A stretch of DNA of 64,000 nt from the human T2T-CHM13v2.0 reference genome, Homo sapiens (GCF_009914755.1 NC_060931.1); one strand, 5' to 3'. Counted from the stretch's first letter, positions 1 through 19,922 are shown. Translations and numbers: made by a program. The notes: a model not told the origin generated them from the sequence alone.

Positions 1-385
1 TTCGCAACTTTCATTTTAAAGACAATATAACTAAGGCTCAAAATGGTTAAGCAAGTTGCTAAAGATTCAAATAAGTCATTGAAGACATTCTAACTCCTGA
101 TCCACATTAATTTGCATGGCAACATACTGCCTTTTTCATTTATTAAGTAGTATTCCAACTATAACTAAATTATACTAGCAATTCAACTGAAATTGGGTAT
201 GACTGATCCTTATTAATTTTTAGGACTTAAATGTGAGAGTTGTGAGGTAATGGAGAGTATAGAGCAGAGTAGGGAATTAAAAAAAAGCCCAAGTTAGTTC
301 TAGACTAGTGTTTCCCAACTTTGAATAAAATATGACTCATTTTAAAGAAAGAAGAAGGGAAAAAAACCCATGACTACACTGTTGA

Positions 386-3263
<2,878 letters not shown>

Positions 3264-3407
3264 AAAATTTTTAAATTAAAACTTGCATAAATATGTTCAA
3301 ATATAAAATGAATTATAAATTTCTTATGATTACAGTTTACACACAACTATAAAACCAAAACAAATTGCAAAATTGTTAAATTATATCTAACATGTATAGT
3401 ACATAAT

Positions 3408-3570
3408 AAGTACTAGGCACTTTACATCTATCAACTTATTTAATATTCACAACCCAATGAGTTGGACATGATTATTATCGCCATTTAATAGATGAGGCAA
3501 CCAAGACTGGAAGAAGTTAAACAACTTGTCCAATGTCCCAAAACTGATAAATGGCAGAGCTGGATTTCAC
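3408..3570 (-). mobile_element. MIR SINE
   Basis: Resembles reverse MIR core (attattatcgccatttaatagatgagg...aagttaaacaacttgtccaa...ggcagagctggatt). Confidence 0.75.
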
Positions 3571-3884
3571 AGAAAAGTTAACAGACAAGCGAATGTGAAG
3601 AATGATACCGTTTTACAGAAGTTAAATTGTTCCTTGTAATGTGAATATGGTATTGACTTTAACTGTAGATCTTCTGGCTTTAACATACATAAATTAAAAT
3701 GAGCGGGATAGTGACTAATTTCTCCCACCACTTGTTTTTCTCTTCTGTCAACTGCTAAATATATATTGGCACAGCACAAATTAATGTCATTTGGTCTTCA
3801 TTTTAAGGGAATGGCTTGTTACAAATTAAGTCTACATCTGTTCTCTCAAGTTTTTTCTTAAGACAATTCCTGATTACTATTTTT

Positions 3885-5095
3885 CTTTATTATTGGGATT
3901 TAATTCACATACTATACAATTTATCCCTTTGAAGAGTACAGTTCAGTGGCTTTTAGCGTATTCACAAACTTGTGCAGCCATCATCACTAATTCCAGAATA
4001 TTTTCATCATACCAAAAAGAAATCCCACACTCACTAAGCAGTTAATATAGTTTAGATATTCGTGCCTTCAAAATCTCATGTTAAAATTTGATCCCCAGTG
4101 TTGGAGGTGAGGCCTAGTAGGAGGTGTTTTGGTCATGGAGGGGCGGACCCCTCATGAATGGCTTGGTGCCATTCTTACTGGAGTAATCCCATGAGAACTG
4201 GTTGTTAAAAAGAGCCTGGCACCTCCCTCCTCTCTTTCCTTTTCTTGCCATGGGAAACCTGCTCCCCTTCGTCTTCTGCCATGAATAGAAGCTTCCTGAA
4301 GCCCTCACCAGAAGCAAATGCTGGTGCCATGGCCATGCTTCTTGTATAGCCTGTAGAACTGAGTCAAAAACTCTTCATAAATTACCCAGCCTAGGCATTC
4401 CTTTATAGCAATGCCCCACACTCTTCCCCACCAGCCAGTAGGTTGGCAATTATCAAACTATTTTCTGTAATGATTTTCCTATTCTGAATATTTAATATAA
4501 ACGGAATTATAAAATATGTGGATCTTTGGGTCTGGCACCTTTCACTTAGCATAATTTTTCAAGGTTTATGTTGTAATCCATGCCAGTATTGAATCCCTTT
4601 TTATACCTGAATAATGTTTCATTTTGTGGATGGGATCATATACATTTCATGTACATTTTAATCAATTAATGGACATTTGAGTTGTTTCTACCTTTGGGCT
4701 ACTATGATAATGCTGTGATAATATTTGAGTGCAAGTTTTTGTGTAAAAATGTTTTCAGTTCTCTTGGGTATGTAACTAGGAGTGAAATTGCCCAACTGTT
4801 TTCCAAAATAGTTGCACATTTTACTTTCCCACCAGCAATGTATGAGGATGCCAATTTCTCTACTTTCTCACCAAGACTTGATATTGTGATACTGACTTTC
4901 TGATTATAGCCATCTCAGTAGGTGTGAGTGGTATCTCAGGTGGTTTTGATTTGCATTTATCTAAGGATTAAGGATGTTGAGCAGTTTTTTGTTTGCTTAT
5001 TAGCCATGCATATCTTCTTTGAAGAAATGTGTATTCAAATTCTTTGGCCATTTTGTAATTGGGTTATTTCTCTTTTTATTCAGCTGCAAGAGTTC
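3885..5095 (-). mobile_element. Old L1M (L1MB-like) 3' end, interrupted by an MST LTR
   Basis: Typical antisense L1M 3' motifs (tacagttcagtggcttttag, ttcacttagcataat, cccaccagcaatgtatgagg, gtggttttgatttgcattt). Confidence 0.7.
4043..4414 (+). mobile_element. MST-family MaLR solo LTR
   Basis: aaatctcatgttaaaatttgatccccagtgttggaggtg ... ataaattacccagcct...ttcctttatagcaatgc. Confidence 0.75.
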
Positions 5096-6358
5096 TCTCA
5101 TTAAGATCTGACAGGTTAATACAACACCAATGCAATGATAAATGCAAAAAACAGGGACTCTGAAATTGCGTGGTTGTACTCAGTTATAAGGTGGTCATCC
5201 ATGAGATCCAGAATCAAATTTGATGAAATGGTTAAGATTATAATGTTTTATAATTTGTTTATTTGAAAATGTACATTTTAAATGTTTGCTAGAGAGCTCT
5301 AATATCCTCAAGAATACCTACAATGTAAACACTGTTCTATGCATAGACTAAATCCTTAGCAATAGACAGAAGGAACTGAGTGCTCTTTGAGTGAGGGAAT
5401 GGGCTTGACCAGTGTTTGAAGATTTAAAAATGAATATGAAGACATGTTGTGACACTAGGGTATGATTATATTTTTATATTTAAGTAGAATCTGATTATCA
5501 TCAGAAAAACTCTAATTTTAAAATCCATAGCTGGCAATATCCATGAATTCAGCCCAGGTCATCAAATGCTGAAAGCACATGGGTCAGATTGACTGTCTCC
5601 ATTTTTTCTTGCTTACTTCAAAGCTATGAAGAAATCCAAAGCCCTTGCTGATACTCTTCCATGATATATTCCTTTTAAATGCTTGAAAAGTTTTCCCTTC
5701 CTACAGGAATCCCCCAAACACAGCTGTCCTTACACTGAGCCCCTATTCAAATTTTGGTTCCTCTTTCTAACATTGGTCGTCAGTCAATTTTGCTGGTCTA
5801 TACCAACTGCAGATCTAGAGCCAATGCTTATAGAACTTTTCTGAGAATTCTTTTAATTTCAGATAATTTTTTAAAATTACCACAAAATTAGTTTAGAAGA
5901 ATTCGCAGAGAGGTACATTGGGAGGGAAATAGCTTTGAGGCCCTTTATGGATTTATGACCAAAGCTATCCAGTCAAATTCCTCCAGGTATTTTTGCTATT
6001 TCCTATGGGTATACTGAAATTACACACATTTTAAAGCTTCCTTAATCAACTTAAACAAATACAAATAATAAAATTCAGTGTCAATGAGATACTGAATCTA
6101 AAAGATAAAAGTACATCCATATTTTTATAATGATTTTTCAATTGTTATGGAAAGAAATATGAGACTATGTAAACAGAAAAAATAAAATTTCTTTTAATTA
6201 AAAAACCCACATTAAAAAATATATCCCAAGAAAATATTCCCATCACTTATTACTCCAAAGAGTAATTTGTTCAAGGAGGTTAAAGCAGTGTTACTTATAA
6301 TAGTTAAAGAATCAGAAAATGTACTTTCCTAAAATTTAGGGTTAAGAAAACTATTCTA

Positions 6359-6652
6359 GGCCAAACACAGTGGCTCACACATGTAATCCCAGCACACTGT
6401 GAGAGGGATGGGTGATGTGGGAAGATCACTTGAGCCTAGGCATTTAAGACCAGCCTGGGCAACCTAGGGAGATCCCCTCTCTACAAGTAATAAATAATTA
6501 GCTGGGTGTGGTGGCGTGTGCCTGCCTGTAGTCCAGCTTCTGGGAGGCTGAGGCAGGAGACTCACTTGAGCTCAGGAGGTTGAGGCTGCAGTGAGCCTTG
6601 ACCATGCCACTGCACTCTAGCCTGGATTACAGATTCAGACCCTGAAAAAAAA
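6359..6652 (+). mobile_element. AluJ
   Basis: Two-arm Alu; TSD AAAACTA(T/G)TCTA at 6347-6358 and 6787-6798 brackets the Alu plus the GGAA tract. Confidence 0.9.
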
Positions 6653-6658
6653 GAGAAA

Positions 6659-6787
6659 GGAAGGAAGGAAGGAAGGAAGGAAGGGAGGGAGGGAGGGAGG
6701 GAGGGAGGGAGGGAGGGAGGGAAGGAAGGAAGGAAGGAAGGAAGGAAGGAAGGAAGGAAGGAAGGAAGGAAGGAAGGAAGGAAGGAA
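6659..6787 (+). repeat. Compound microsatellite (GGAA)6(GGGA)9G(GGAA)17 in the Alu tail
   Basis: Counted directly. Confidence 0.97.
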
Positions 6788-6981
6788 AAACTAGTCTATA
6801 CCAATATATAAACTATATAGCCATTAAGAATTATAAGACTTTAGAACATGTTGATCTCTGGAAATATGTTTATGAAATAATGTTAATTATAAATATGTGT
6901 TTTGTACAGATGTACATTCAAGCATTTTAATAGATTTATAAATCCTTGTGTATCATTTTGTGTTCAAACACAGCGTATTTC

Positions 6982-7456
6982 TTTTTTTAATCATACTTAA
7001 ACAATTTATTTTTTATTTCAATAGTTTCTGAGGAACAGGTGGCTTTTTGTGACATGAACAAATTCTTTTGCAGTAATTTCTGAGATTTTGGTGTACCCAT
7101 CACCAGAGCAGTGTACACTGTACTCAATACGTAGTATTTTACCCCTCACCCCACTTCCCCCTGGAGCCCCCAGACTCCACTATATCATTCTGATGCCTTT
7201 GTGTCCTCATAGCTTAGCTCCAGCTTATGAATGAGAACATATGTTTGGTTTTCCACTCTGAGTTATTTCACTTAGAATAATCATCTCTAATTCCATCCAG
7301 GTTGCTGAGAATGCCATTATTTTGTTCCTTTTTATGGCTGAGTAGTATTCTGTGGTATATATATACTATATTTTCTTTATCCACTCGTTGGTTGATGGAC
7401 ATTTAGGCTGGTTCCATATTTTTTGCAATTGTGAATTGCGCTGGTATAAACATGTG
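6982..7456 (-). mobile_element. L1PB-like 3' fragment
   Basis: Antisense L1PB 3'UTR motifs (gagattttggtgtacccatcacc, tcatagcttagctcc); degenerate TSD CAAACACAGnnTAyTTC at 6965-6981 and 7457-7473. Confidence 0.75.
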
Positions 7457-9269
7457 CAAACACAGTCTACTTCAGATTATATTTACATGTATAAATCTAT
7501 TGATGTATATTAATGTACATTGACAAATAAATGTAAGGTGATGTTAACAGAATTTCATGTTTATTGAATTCTTTGGTTTTAAAACAAAGCAGCATTTCAC
7601 AAAAATTATTCTATTTTATTATAAGCACTGCTTACAAACAAATTTGTTCAAAACAAATTTGGGGGTTTGGGGAATAGGTTAGGTAAAATGTTTTTACCAT
7701 AGGAATTTTCAGAGCCTTTAATTTATTAACATACATTGTGGATCTCTAAAATGAAGAGATTTCTCTTATTGTTTATCTCAAAATCTACTATTTACATCAC
7801 GACTTACATTTATTTTGTGTAAATAAATCTGCATAAATCTTATTTGCACTTGTTACTAATTTATCGTTTTCACCAAACTGTAACTTCTATCAGGACAGGT
7901 AAATATATCTGTCTTCTTCACCACTGTTCCTAGAGTGCCAGCCAGGGCATATAGAAGTGGCTCAATATTTTTGAAGTGAATGACTTGCTAGAGCAGCATT
8001 TAGGCAAACTAGTGCCTAAAGTCACACATTTTGGGAACTACCACTCTAAAGTTATTTAATTGTATAATAACTTCAAAGGAAAAAAATGTGTTAATGCCCC
8101 TAGGCCACTAGAGATCCATTTAATAATTATTGCTTCGCTTCAGTTGAGTCACTTACTACTTTAGGGAACAGAAGAGATTTCTCAGAGAGCACCTCATGAC
8201 CTGGAAAAGTCTTGCAAAATCATTTTCATACTCTGCATCTCCAGCTGAAAAACAATGATAAAATTAGTTACCATGGAAGTTAAAGGAATCATGCTTTGCA
8301 TTAACACCAACAGTCTTCTGGAACACATTTGGTAACATTAGATTTCCCATCAAAGATATTTGTTTATTTTAATAGTTCAAGCATGAAAAAGAGATATCCC
8401 TTTTGGAAGCTGCAAATTGTTGACTCACTGATTCTCATTTAGGAAAAGGGATTTCACATTACTTTATCTATTTTCTCAATAGTCAAAGCCCATGTTAAGA
8501 GAGCTTTTAAACATATTTAAAATATATGGCTTACCTACATGTTTTACATGATAATTTATGGTTATAGAAGTTAGAAAGTGCAATTTCTTTTAATATCCCC
8601 GTGGGGAAGTTATATAATTCTATAGTTTTTTAAAATATATGGAAAAGCAATATACTTTCCGTTAACTGCTAAGATTCATGAATTTTCTCCACAAGTTCTC
8701 CAGAGGAACTACTAGAAAAAACTCCACGAATCTCATTATTTGACAGTTTTGTTGAAGTGAAATTATTAAAATTGATATTAGATTTAATGACTTGTTTCCA
8801 GTAACCAAAATGGAAAGTATTCTACCAGCTGTCGATGGTTCCACACCCTGACACATCGTTAAAACCTTAGCTTCTGCCTAAACTTTAAACCTTAATAATA
8901 TTTGGCGGTAGGGGAGGGGTTACATTTCAAGTCAAACAAAGGATGTATTTCCAAAGCAGCATTTGCAAAGGTTAATCTGTGTATGGACTACAAAGGGAAA
9001 GTGCAGTGCCCCAGTGATCGATCTAAGACCCCCCTCTCGTTGTTGTTGTTGTTGGGTTTTTTTGGTCTGGTTAATAAACCACCTAGAGGGATAATTTTTA
9101 AACTTAATTTGTTGAAATGGTACTTTACTAATGTATGAAAAAAATTTCCCCAAATTTGAGAATTTTTGGTAAGTTGATTTTATATTTGGGAATAAAGATC
9201 TCTTGCTTCTTCTACTGACACCTTCTACACAAAAGATAAAAGGTACTTTTACTTGGTAATCCGCAGGGA

Positions 9270-9348
9270 GAAAATTTACAGAAACCCAGAGCCAAAGGTG
9301 CTCTCAGGGGATCCCCTGAAACATTCAAAGCCATTGCGGCCCCAGAAG
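9270..9348 (+). other. STEAP2: Probable upstream alternative 5'UTR exon of STEAP2 (start approximate)
   Basis: Donor AAG|GTAAAT at 9348/9349; candidate acceptor (pyrimidine tract)...GATCCAG|CTT at 10171/10172; resembles STEAP2 cDNA variants as I remember them. Confidence 0.5.
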
Positions 9349-9604
9349 GTAAATGGCTTTCGCAGGAACACAGGTCTCCTGACTCACGGCCTAACCTTCC
9401 TTTCCCCCACACCAAAGCTCGCGCGGCACCAGCTAGAGTGAAGGTCAAAGTCAACAGAATAATCTCTGCAGTCCAGGGTCTGTGAGGGTCCTCCTATCCG
9501 AGGGAGTTTTCATGAAAGGGCATTTCCGAACATTTTATTCCAAGGACACAGTCTAGTCAAAAGACGTTTGGGATAGGGTAAACATGAGGCAAAAGAACAC
9601 TTAC

Positions 9605-9950
9605 AAAAGAAAAAAGCGCAGTTTCTTGGAGGCTTGTCAGAAGCTAAGACTGGGGAGATGAGAACCAGGGCCCTTGGCGAGAGTTGGGGTGGGAATCGCG
9701 TAAGAAAAGCAATTTCTAGAGCGGAAAGGTGACCCCACATTACAAAAAGAAATGGAGTAGAAAAATAGGCTTGACTATTCTAAAGCTGCTTCAGAAAGAA
9801 TCTCCGGAAGACCACGGAGGAACCCCGCAGGGGAGCCAGGCGGATACTCAGCCGCTCGCGGTAGAGGGGCGCGCAAAGCTGCGGAGCCGCGTGTGTGGAG
9901 CTCCCCAGTGCACTCACTGCTGGCTCCCCCTCGGTGCTCTGGGCCCTTCC
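9605..9950 (-). ncRNA. STEAP2-AS1: Candidate first exon of a divergent antisense lncRNA (STEAP2-AS1); 5' end approximate
   Basis: Minus-strand donor TTT|GTAAGT at 9605/9604 next to the CpG island; a divergent STEAP2-AS1 is recalled from annotation; exon limits are inferred. Confidence 0.4.
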
Positions 9951-10490
9951 CAGCTCCCTCCACACAGCCCGGCTCCCTTCACACACCCCCGCCCCCTCCG
10001 AGCTCCCCGACTCCTCCCCGCGCTCCACGGCTCTTCCCGACTCCAGTCAGCGTTCCTCGGGCCCTCGGCGCCACAAGCTGTCCGGGCACGCAGCCCCTAG
10101 CGGCGCGTCGCTGCCAAGCCGGCCTCCGCGCGCCTCCCTCCTTCCTTCTCCCCTGGCTGTTCGCGATCCAGCTTGGGTAGGCGGGGAAGCAGCTGGAGTG
10201 CGACCGCCACGGCAGCCACCCTGCAACCGCCAGTCGGAGGTGCAGTCCGTAGGCCCTGGCCCCCGGGTGGGCCCTTGGGGAGTCGGCGCCGCTCCCGAGG
10301 AGCTGCAAGGCTCGCCCCTGCCCGGCGTGGAGGGCGCGGGGGGCGCGGAGGTGAGCGGGTCGGGGAGGAGCGCGAAAGAAGGTAGCGGCGGCGGAGTTGA
10401 GGGTCAAGATGCAGTCTGCGCCACGCGCTGCATCCATCCTCCCCGATTCTGCGCCCTCACCGGGCGTCCGCCCTGAGCTGCGGGGTCCCT
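9780..10490. promoter_or_regulatory. STEAP2: CpG island / STEAP2 promoter
   Basis: GC- and CpG-dense segment with GC boxes (CCCCGCCCC ~9987-9995) in AT-rich surroundings. Confidence 0.9.
10020..10350 (+). other. STEAP2: STEAP2 non-coding exon 1 (alternative donors after 10239 and 10350; start approximate)
   Basis: Donors GAG|GTGCAG and GAG|GTGAGC; no ATG inside. Confidence 0.8.
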
Positions 10491-10580
10491 CATCTCCTGG
10501 CACCTTAAGGTGGAAAGTGAGAAGGGTGGAGAAGGGTGTCTGTTCCACTGATTCCCCCTCCTCCTCCTCTTGGTTCCTAG

Positions 10581-10641
10581 AGCTAAGGGCAAGTCCTGAG
10601 GTTGGGCCCAGGAGAAAGAAGGCAAGGAGACATTGTCCCAG
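10581..10641 (+). other. STEAP2: STEAP2 5'UTR cassette exon (61 nt)
   Basis: Pyrimidine tract + CCTAG|AGC acceptor; CAG|GTAGGA donor. Confidence 0.7.
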
Positions 10642-11929
10642 GTAGGATGTGTCCCAGCAGGAAAGGACAGGCAGGTTACTTTCGCCCCCTTGATAGTCTC
10701 CCTGCTACTTTGGGTTGATGCAGGGCATTTCATGGAAGATCATGCAGTGCTGCTTTGCGAACAGGTATTTCTAGCAGTCATTTGGTTTATTTCCCAGTAA
10801 TGTAATCGTGGTGTTTAGGCCATTTCTGTTAGAAAGTAATTGGCCTCTTCTTTGACTGTCCTAAATTATCTTTGAACCCTGTGTTCAGCCTCAGCCAAAA
10901 CTTGTTGAAAATTATGCCCTAAAAATCTTGCTCTTAAAATAGAGCAGAGAGATAAAGAGCATTTTTGTTGGAAGATTTCCATTTATTATCTCTCCCACCC
11001 CGTGGAGAAGGATTGGTGTCAGTTTTTACTCCTCGGGCAGTTAGTTTTTTAGATGGAAAGACAGTCCAGGCCATAGTTAATTATCGCTCATCAGTATAGG
11101 AGAAAAAGAATTCAGACTCCTGCCCCACCCCCACCCCCACCCCCAACCTCCTGACTTAGATTCTGGTCCTTTTAACAGCCCCGCTGCTTGGAACCCTTTT
11201 TGTTTTCTAAACCACCTCCCCATCCTTCCTTTTCTCCACTTTATTATTTCTTCATTTTATTGATCTGTTTATTTTTTCTTTCTTTAACCCTATAATTTTT
11301 TTACTCCGATTCTCTCTTGGTTGCTTCAAAGCTTAGAGGCTATTTAATGGAAAAGCAAAACAAAACAAAACAAAACACCCGTCCTAAATAATTTGCAGGA
11401 TGTTTAGAAACATAAAGAGTAACTATGTGTGCTGCCATTGGGATGGCTGCACTCTCTGCCTCTTAGCTAGTCACTCTGTCAGGGTATGGGGAAATGAGAC
11501 AATATTGAGAATGACAACTTGAGCAAATTGTGCAGTAAGGAAATGAAAAGCTTTATCCAAGTCACTTTTTATTGTACTGGTGCTATGGAAAATGTGGTGA
11601 ATGAACATAGTTGTATTTTAATACTGAAAAAACAGGACAGGTGAAGACAAATTTTTAAAGAAAGGATTGTAAATGAGTTAGAAAAGTGAGAAAGAAGATA
11701 CACCAAAAATGTGAAAGAGTAAGACTGCAGGCGTGATAAAGGACATAGGACATCAGGAGATGTATTTATCCCTGCTGGGCCAGAAACCAGGACATTGAGG
11801 TAACTGAGACATTAACATAACAATAACATTGATAAATCACCTACCCCTTAAGGGCCCACATGTGTTTTCAGCAAAAAGAGAAATCTGATCTAGAGAATTA
11901 TTACATGTCTTTTTGTCCTGAATTTTTTT

Positions 11930-13600
11930 GATGTATTCCATAACAAAGAATTTTTATTGCATCCTTAGTTACACTGCCAGCCAATGTGGAGGCAGTGATC
12001 ACGGACAAGACAAACATGGTTCTTCCCTCGTGCAGTTTATTGTCCAATGGGGGAAATAGTAAACAGTAAAGAAACAATTATATAAAATATTACAAAATAA
12101 ATTTAACAAGGGCTGAGTGAATTATTCTGCTATAGAGATGGAACAGTATATGGAAAGCTCCCAAGGTACATAAAGTGGTTGTTGTTTTCTCTTTCTAGAA
12201 GAGAATGCTGTGGGTGGACAATATACAGATAAGGTTAGAGAGGGGAAGCGGGGACTAACTCATTCAGGACCTTTTACGTGATAGTCAGGAAGATGGCTGT
12301 AGTTCTAAGTACAAGGAGCACCGATTTTAAGGAGAGACATTTTATGACGATTTACATTTTAAGATGATTTTAGCTGCTGTGGAGATGTTTGGAAAGGGTC
12401 AAAAGAGAAAGTAGGCTGACCCATTAGGAAATGTTTGCAGAGTTCAGGTGAGATGATAGACACCTGGACTAGCCTGGTATTGGTGGAGAGGGATTTATGA
12501 AATATGTTGGAGAACAGGAATTGGTGCAGGATTTTATGTCAAAAGTGAGGTTCAGCAAGGACTTAAGAATGACTCCCAATTTTCTGATTGGAGCAACTGG
12601 TGGATAATGGTGGCATTTACACATTTCCAGGCGAATGGGACCAGCTCTGGGTGGAAAAAGTTCAGGTTTGAACCTGTGAAGTTTGAGATGTCACAGAAAG
12701 AGGTCATAACCATATCCCCTTGGGAAGCAAAAAGGGAGGCTCTCCAGGACATAAGTGGATAGACTGGTCTTTGATAGGTAAAATTGGTGATTGTTAATTT
12801 AAGGTGAAACTAATGAGCTCAGTTTTCTGGTTTTTCTCCAGCAACCTTCACCAACGTGGATACAGATACAGAGAAAATGGATAGCTGGGTCCAGGACTAG
12901 AGTTTTGCCAAGCAGATATGATGGAGAGTAAGAGAGCTGAGGATCTTTTTAAGGGAGTGACTACAAATCTAGCCTCGGTTTAAAGAGAAACCAGAGCAGG
13001 CTGAAGGAGAGTGCAGGATATTAAGCAATTAGAGAGGTAGAGGTCAACGGATCAGATTTCTTTTGCTGTTTAGAATTATCAGTGTGAATATTTAAACTAA
13101 GATTATTGGAAGTCCTGGAGACAGTGCTTGGAGATTTCAGGCAGTGAGTGACTGAGGTGGGGTAGAGGCAAAAATTCATTGTCTCCAATGAGTAAGTCAA
13201 GGAAATAAGAGCCCCTGAAGTTGAATGGTTCATCCACTTGAATGATAAAGTCCAGGAAAAACATGATAGCTATTAGGGTAGAGAGGATGACCATGTGTAT
13301 ACTGGGAGCCAGAGTCTGCAGTCATAAGGAATAAACTAGAAGTCAGTAGAGGACAGCAGTGAGGACAGCAGTAAGGACAGGGAGAGGGTATGGTGAAGTA
13401 CCATGAGCTTCAAAGGAGCTGGGTGTTTGCAGGAGAGACAATGAAGAAGAGATGTTCAGATGTGGGCTTACAAAGTGAAGATTACACCACCCCACCTCAT
13501 GGCCCTGGAGAATTATGTTTTCTTGATAGCCTCTCCAAATCTGCAGGTTGTGAAATGTCATCAAAACCTCTGTGGACAGCCCTTTCAGAGTTGCTGTCAT
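11930..13600 (-). mobile_element. Degenerate L2 LINE (boundaries approximate)
   Basis: Antisense L2 motifs (acaagacaaacatggttcttccctc, aagaatgactcccaattttctg, gagttcaggtgagatgat). Confidence 0.6.
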
Positions 13601-14078
13601 CCAATAATAAATGCCCTATTTATGTGTGAAACAAATTAGGTTCTATTTTTCAAAAGTAACATAGCACAACAGGTGCCATTCAGCTTCAGGAATGTTCAGG
13701 AAATCCTTCTAAACTGAAAACCTTAAGAGGCTGTCCAGCTGAATGTAACTGAATTCCCTATCATAATAATACATTCTCAAGTATTAAATGTGTACAGCAA
13801 GTCAAATGCCCATTCAAGAAAACGATGTCATTGACACAGACTTTTAGATTGAGCTCCCGAAGTTGAAGTGTTAAATATAGGGTGGTGATATTACCATTAT
13901 TACACAGCTTCAAGACTTATTTAGTGTTGGAAACTACCACCAGAGTCAAGTATAACCTATTTGTTTGCTGTTTAACAAAGGAAATTGAGACTCAGAGAAT
14001 CAAAGTGATTGCAGAAGCTTAGGCCTGCTCTTTCACCCCTACACTATGAAGACAAAACTTTCTATAAATGACATAGTT

Positions 14079-14379
14079 GTTTTTTGTTTTTGTTTGTTTT
14101 TGTTTTTGTTTTGAGGCTGAGTCTCACTCTGTTGCCCAGGCTGGAGTCCAGTGGCGCGATCTTGGCTCCCTGGTTCAAGCGATTCTCCTTCCTCAGCCTC
14201 CCAAGTAGCTGGGATTACAGGCACCTGCCACCACCCCTGCCTAATTTTTGTGCCTTTTTAGTAAAGATGGGGTTTAATCATGTTGGCCAGTCTGATCTTG
14301 AACTCCTGACCTCAAGTGATCCACCTGCTTCGGCCTCCCAAAGTGCTGGGATTACAGACGTGAGCCACCATGCCCAGCC
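14079..14379 (-). mobile_element. AluS with small internal deletion
   Basis: Perfect 16-bp TSD TATAAATGACATAGTT at 14063-14078 and 14380-14395. Confidence 0.95.
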
Positions 14380-14459
14380 TATAAATGACATAGTTTTATC
14401 AGTTATTTAATTTGGATTCCTTATGAATAACTTCAAAAGAAAAGGTATAGACACTGTGG

Positions 14460-14590
14460 ACATCACCTGGGAGCTTGTGAAAAAATGCAGAATGTCTAAC
14501 CTCCCTCTAGACCTAAAGAATCTGAGTGTGCATTTTAAAGAGGTCCCCAGGTGATCATATTTGCATTAAAGTTTGACAAGTGCCTTTCTA
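14460..14590. mobile_element. MER5-type hAT-Charlie DNA transposon fossil
   Basis: catcacctgggagcttg...aaatgcagaat...ccccaggtgat. Confidence 0.65.
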
Positions 14591-14795
14591 GTGAGTCATT
14601 CCCTTGGAAACAGTGGTCTGCTCAGGTCAGCAGGATCATGATGCCTGGAGAACTGGGGAGGGGATCCCCTTGTAGAACAGAAAGAAGAGATACAGTCATG
14701 GAAATATTCCGAATTTTGAATATTATGAAACAACAGGAACAAAGTATGTTGTGCAAGGAGTGACGCATTTTAAGGAATGGCATTGCCTTTCCCAG

Positions 14796-14908
14796 AAAGT
14801 GAAGAGAGGAAATTGGAAAATTGTGAGTGGACCTTCTGATACTGCTCCTCCTTGCGTGGAAAAGGGGAAAGAACTGCATGCATATTATTCAGCGTCCTAT
14901 ATTCAAAG
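14796..14908 (+). other. STEAP2: STEAP2 5'UTR cassette exon (113 nt) containing a uATG
   Basis: CCTTTCCCAG|AAAG acceptor, AAG|GTAACT donor; non-repeat island between MER5 copies; ATG at 14878. Confidence 0.7.
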
Positions 14909-15046
14909 GTAACTACTACTCTTTCGCAAGTGTAATTTTTCATTACTACAAACAACAACGTAAAAATTAACATAAGTGAGGGTCAGAAAGCCACATCTAC
15001 TATCGCCAAATGATGAAAGTATTAGATTGAATTCTGAATCTTTTAC

Positions 15047-15235
15047 TAGAGTGATTTTCAATCTTGGTTGCATAATAAAACATCTGCTAATCTTTTTTAA
15101 AAAATGCTGTTGCTCAGGATGAACCCCAGAACAATTAAGTGAAAACTGGGTGGTAGGGGGGTGACCCGTCATCACTGTGTTTTAAAACTTGCCAGGTCAT
15201 TGGAGAATGCACCTAGGGTTGAGAAATACTGCTTT
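15047..15235. mobile_element. MER5-type DNA transposon fossil
   Basis: agtgattttcaatcttggttgca...agggttgagaaatactgct. Confidence 0.6.
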
Positions 15236-15429
15236 AGTAGCTCATTCAGAAGCAGCTCTGAGATTGCAGTTCTGCTACTCCATGTGCCAAAACAGTGGGA
15301 CTTTCCCTCACTACCATAAGCGTAGTGCCAAGCCAGGTCAGCAATATTCAGGTCACCCTCACTGGCCAGTTTTCAGAACATTGAGGGAAGTAGGATTTAT
15401 TTCTTGAAGAAGCCTGCTTAGACTAACTT

Positions 15430-19922
<4,493 letters not shown>

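Noticed and set aside
5324-5338. TGTAAACACTGTTCT, a forkhead site overlapping an androgen half-site
   Set aside because: Fits androgen regulation of STEAP2, but one short motif is expected by chance in 64 kb of AT-rich DNA; needs ChIP data.
6659-6787. CRISPR-like or spacer-containing array
   Set aside because: Simple microsatellite with no unique spacers; no such array was seen anywhere in the window.
9729-10733. Many overlapping ORFs on both strands
   Set aside because: Expected in a stop-poor CpG island; no recognisable domains. Only the frame continuous with STEAP2 was kept as a lead.
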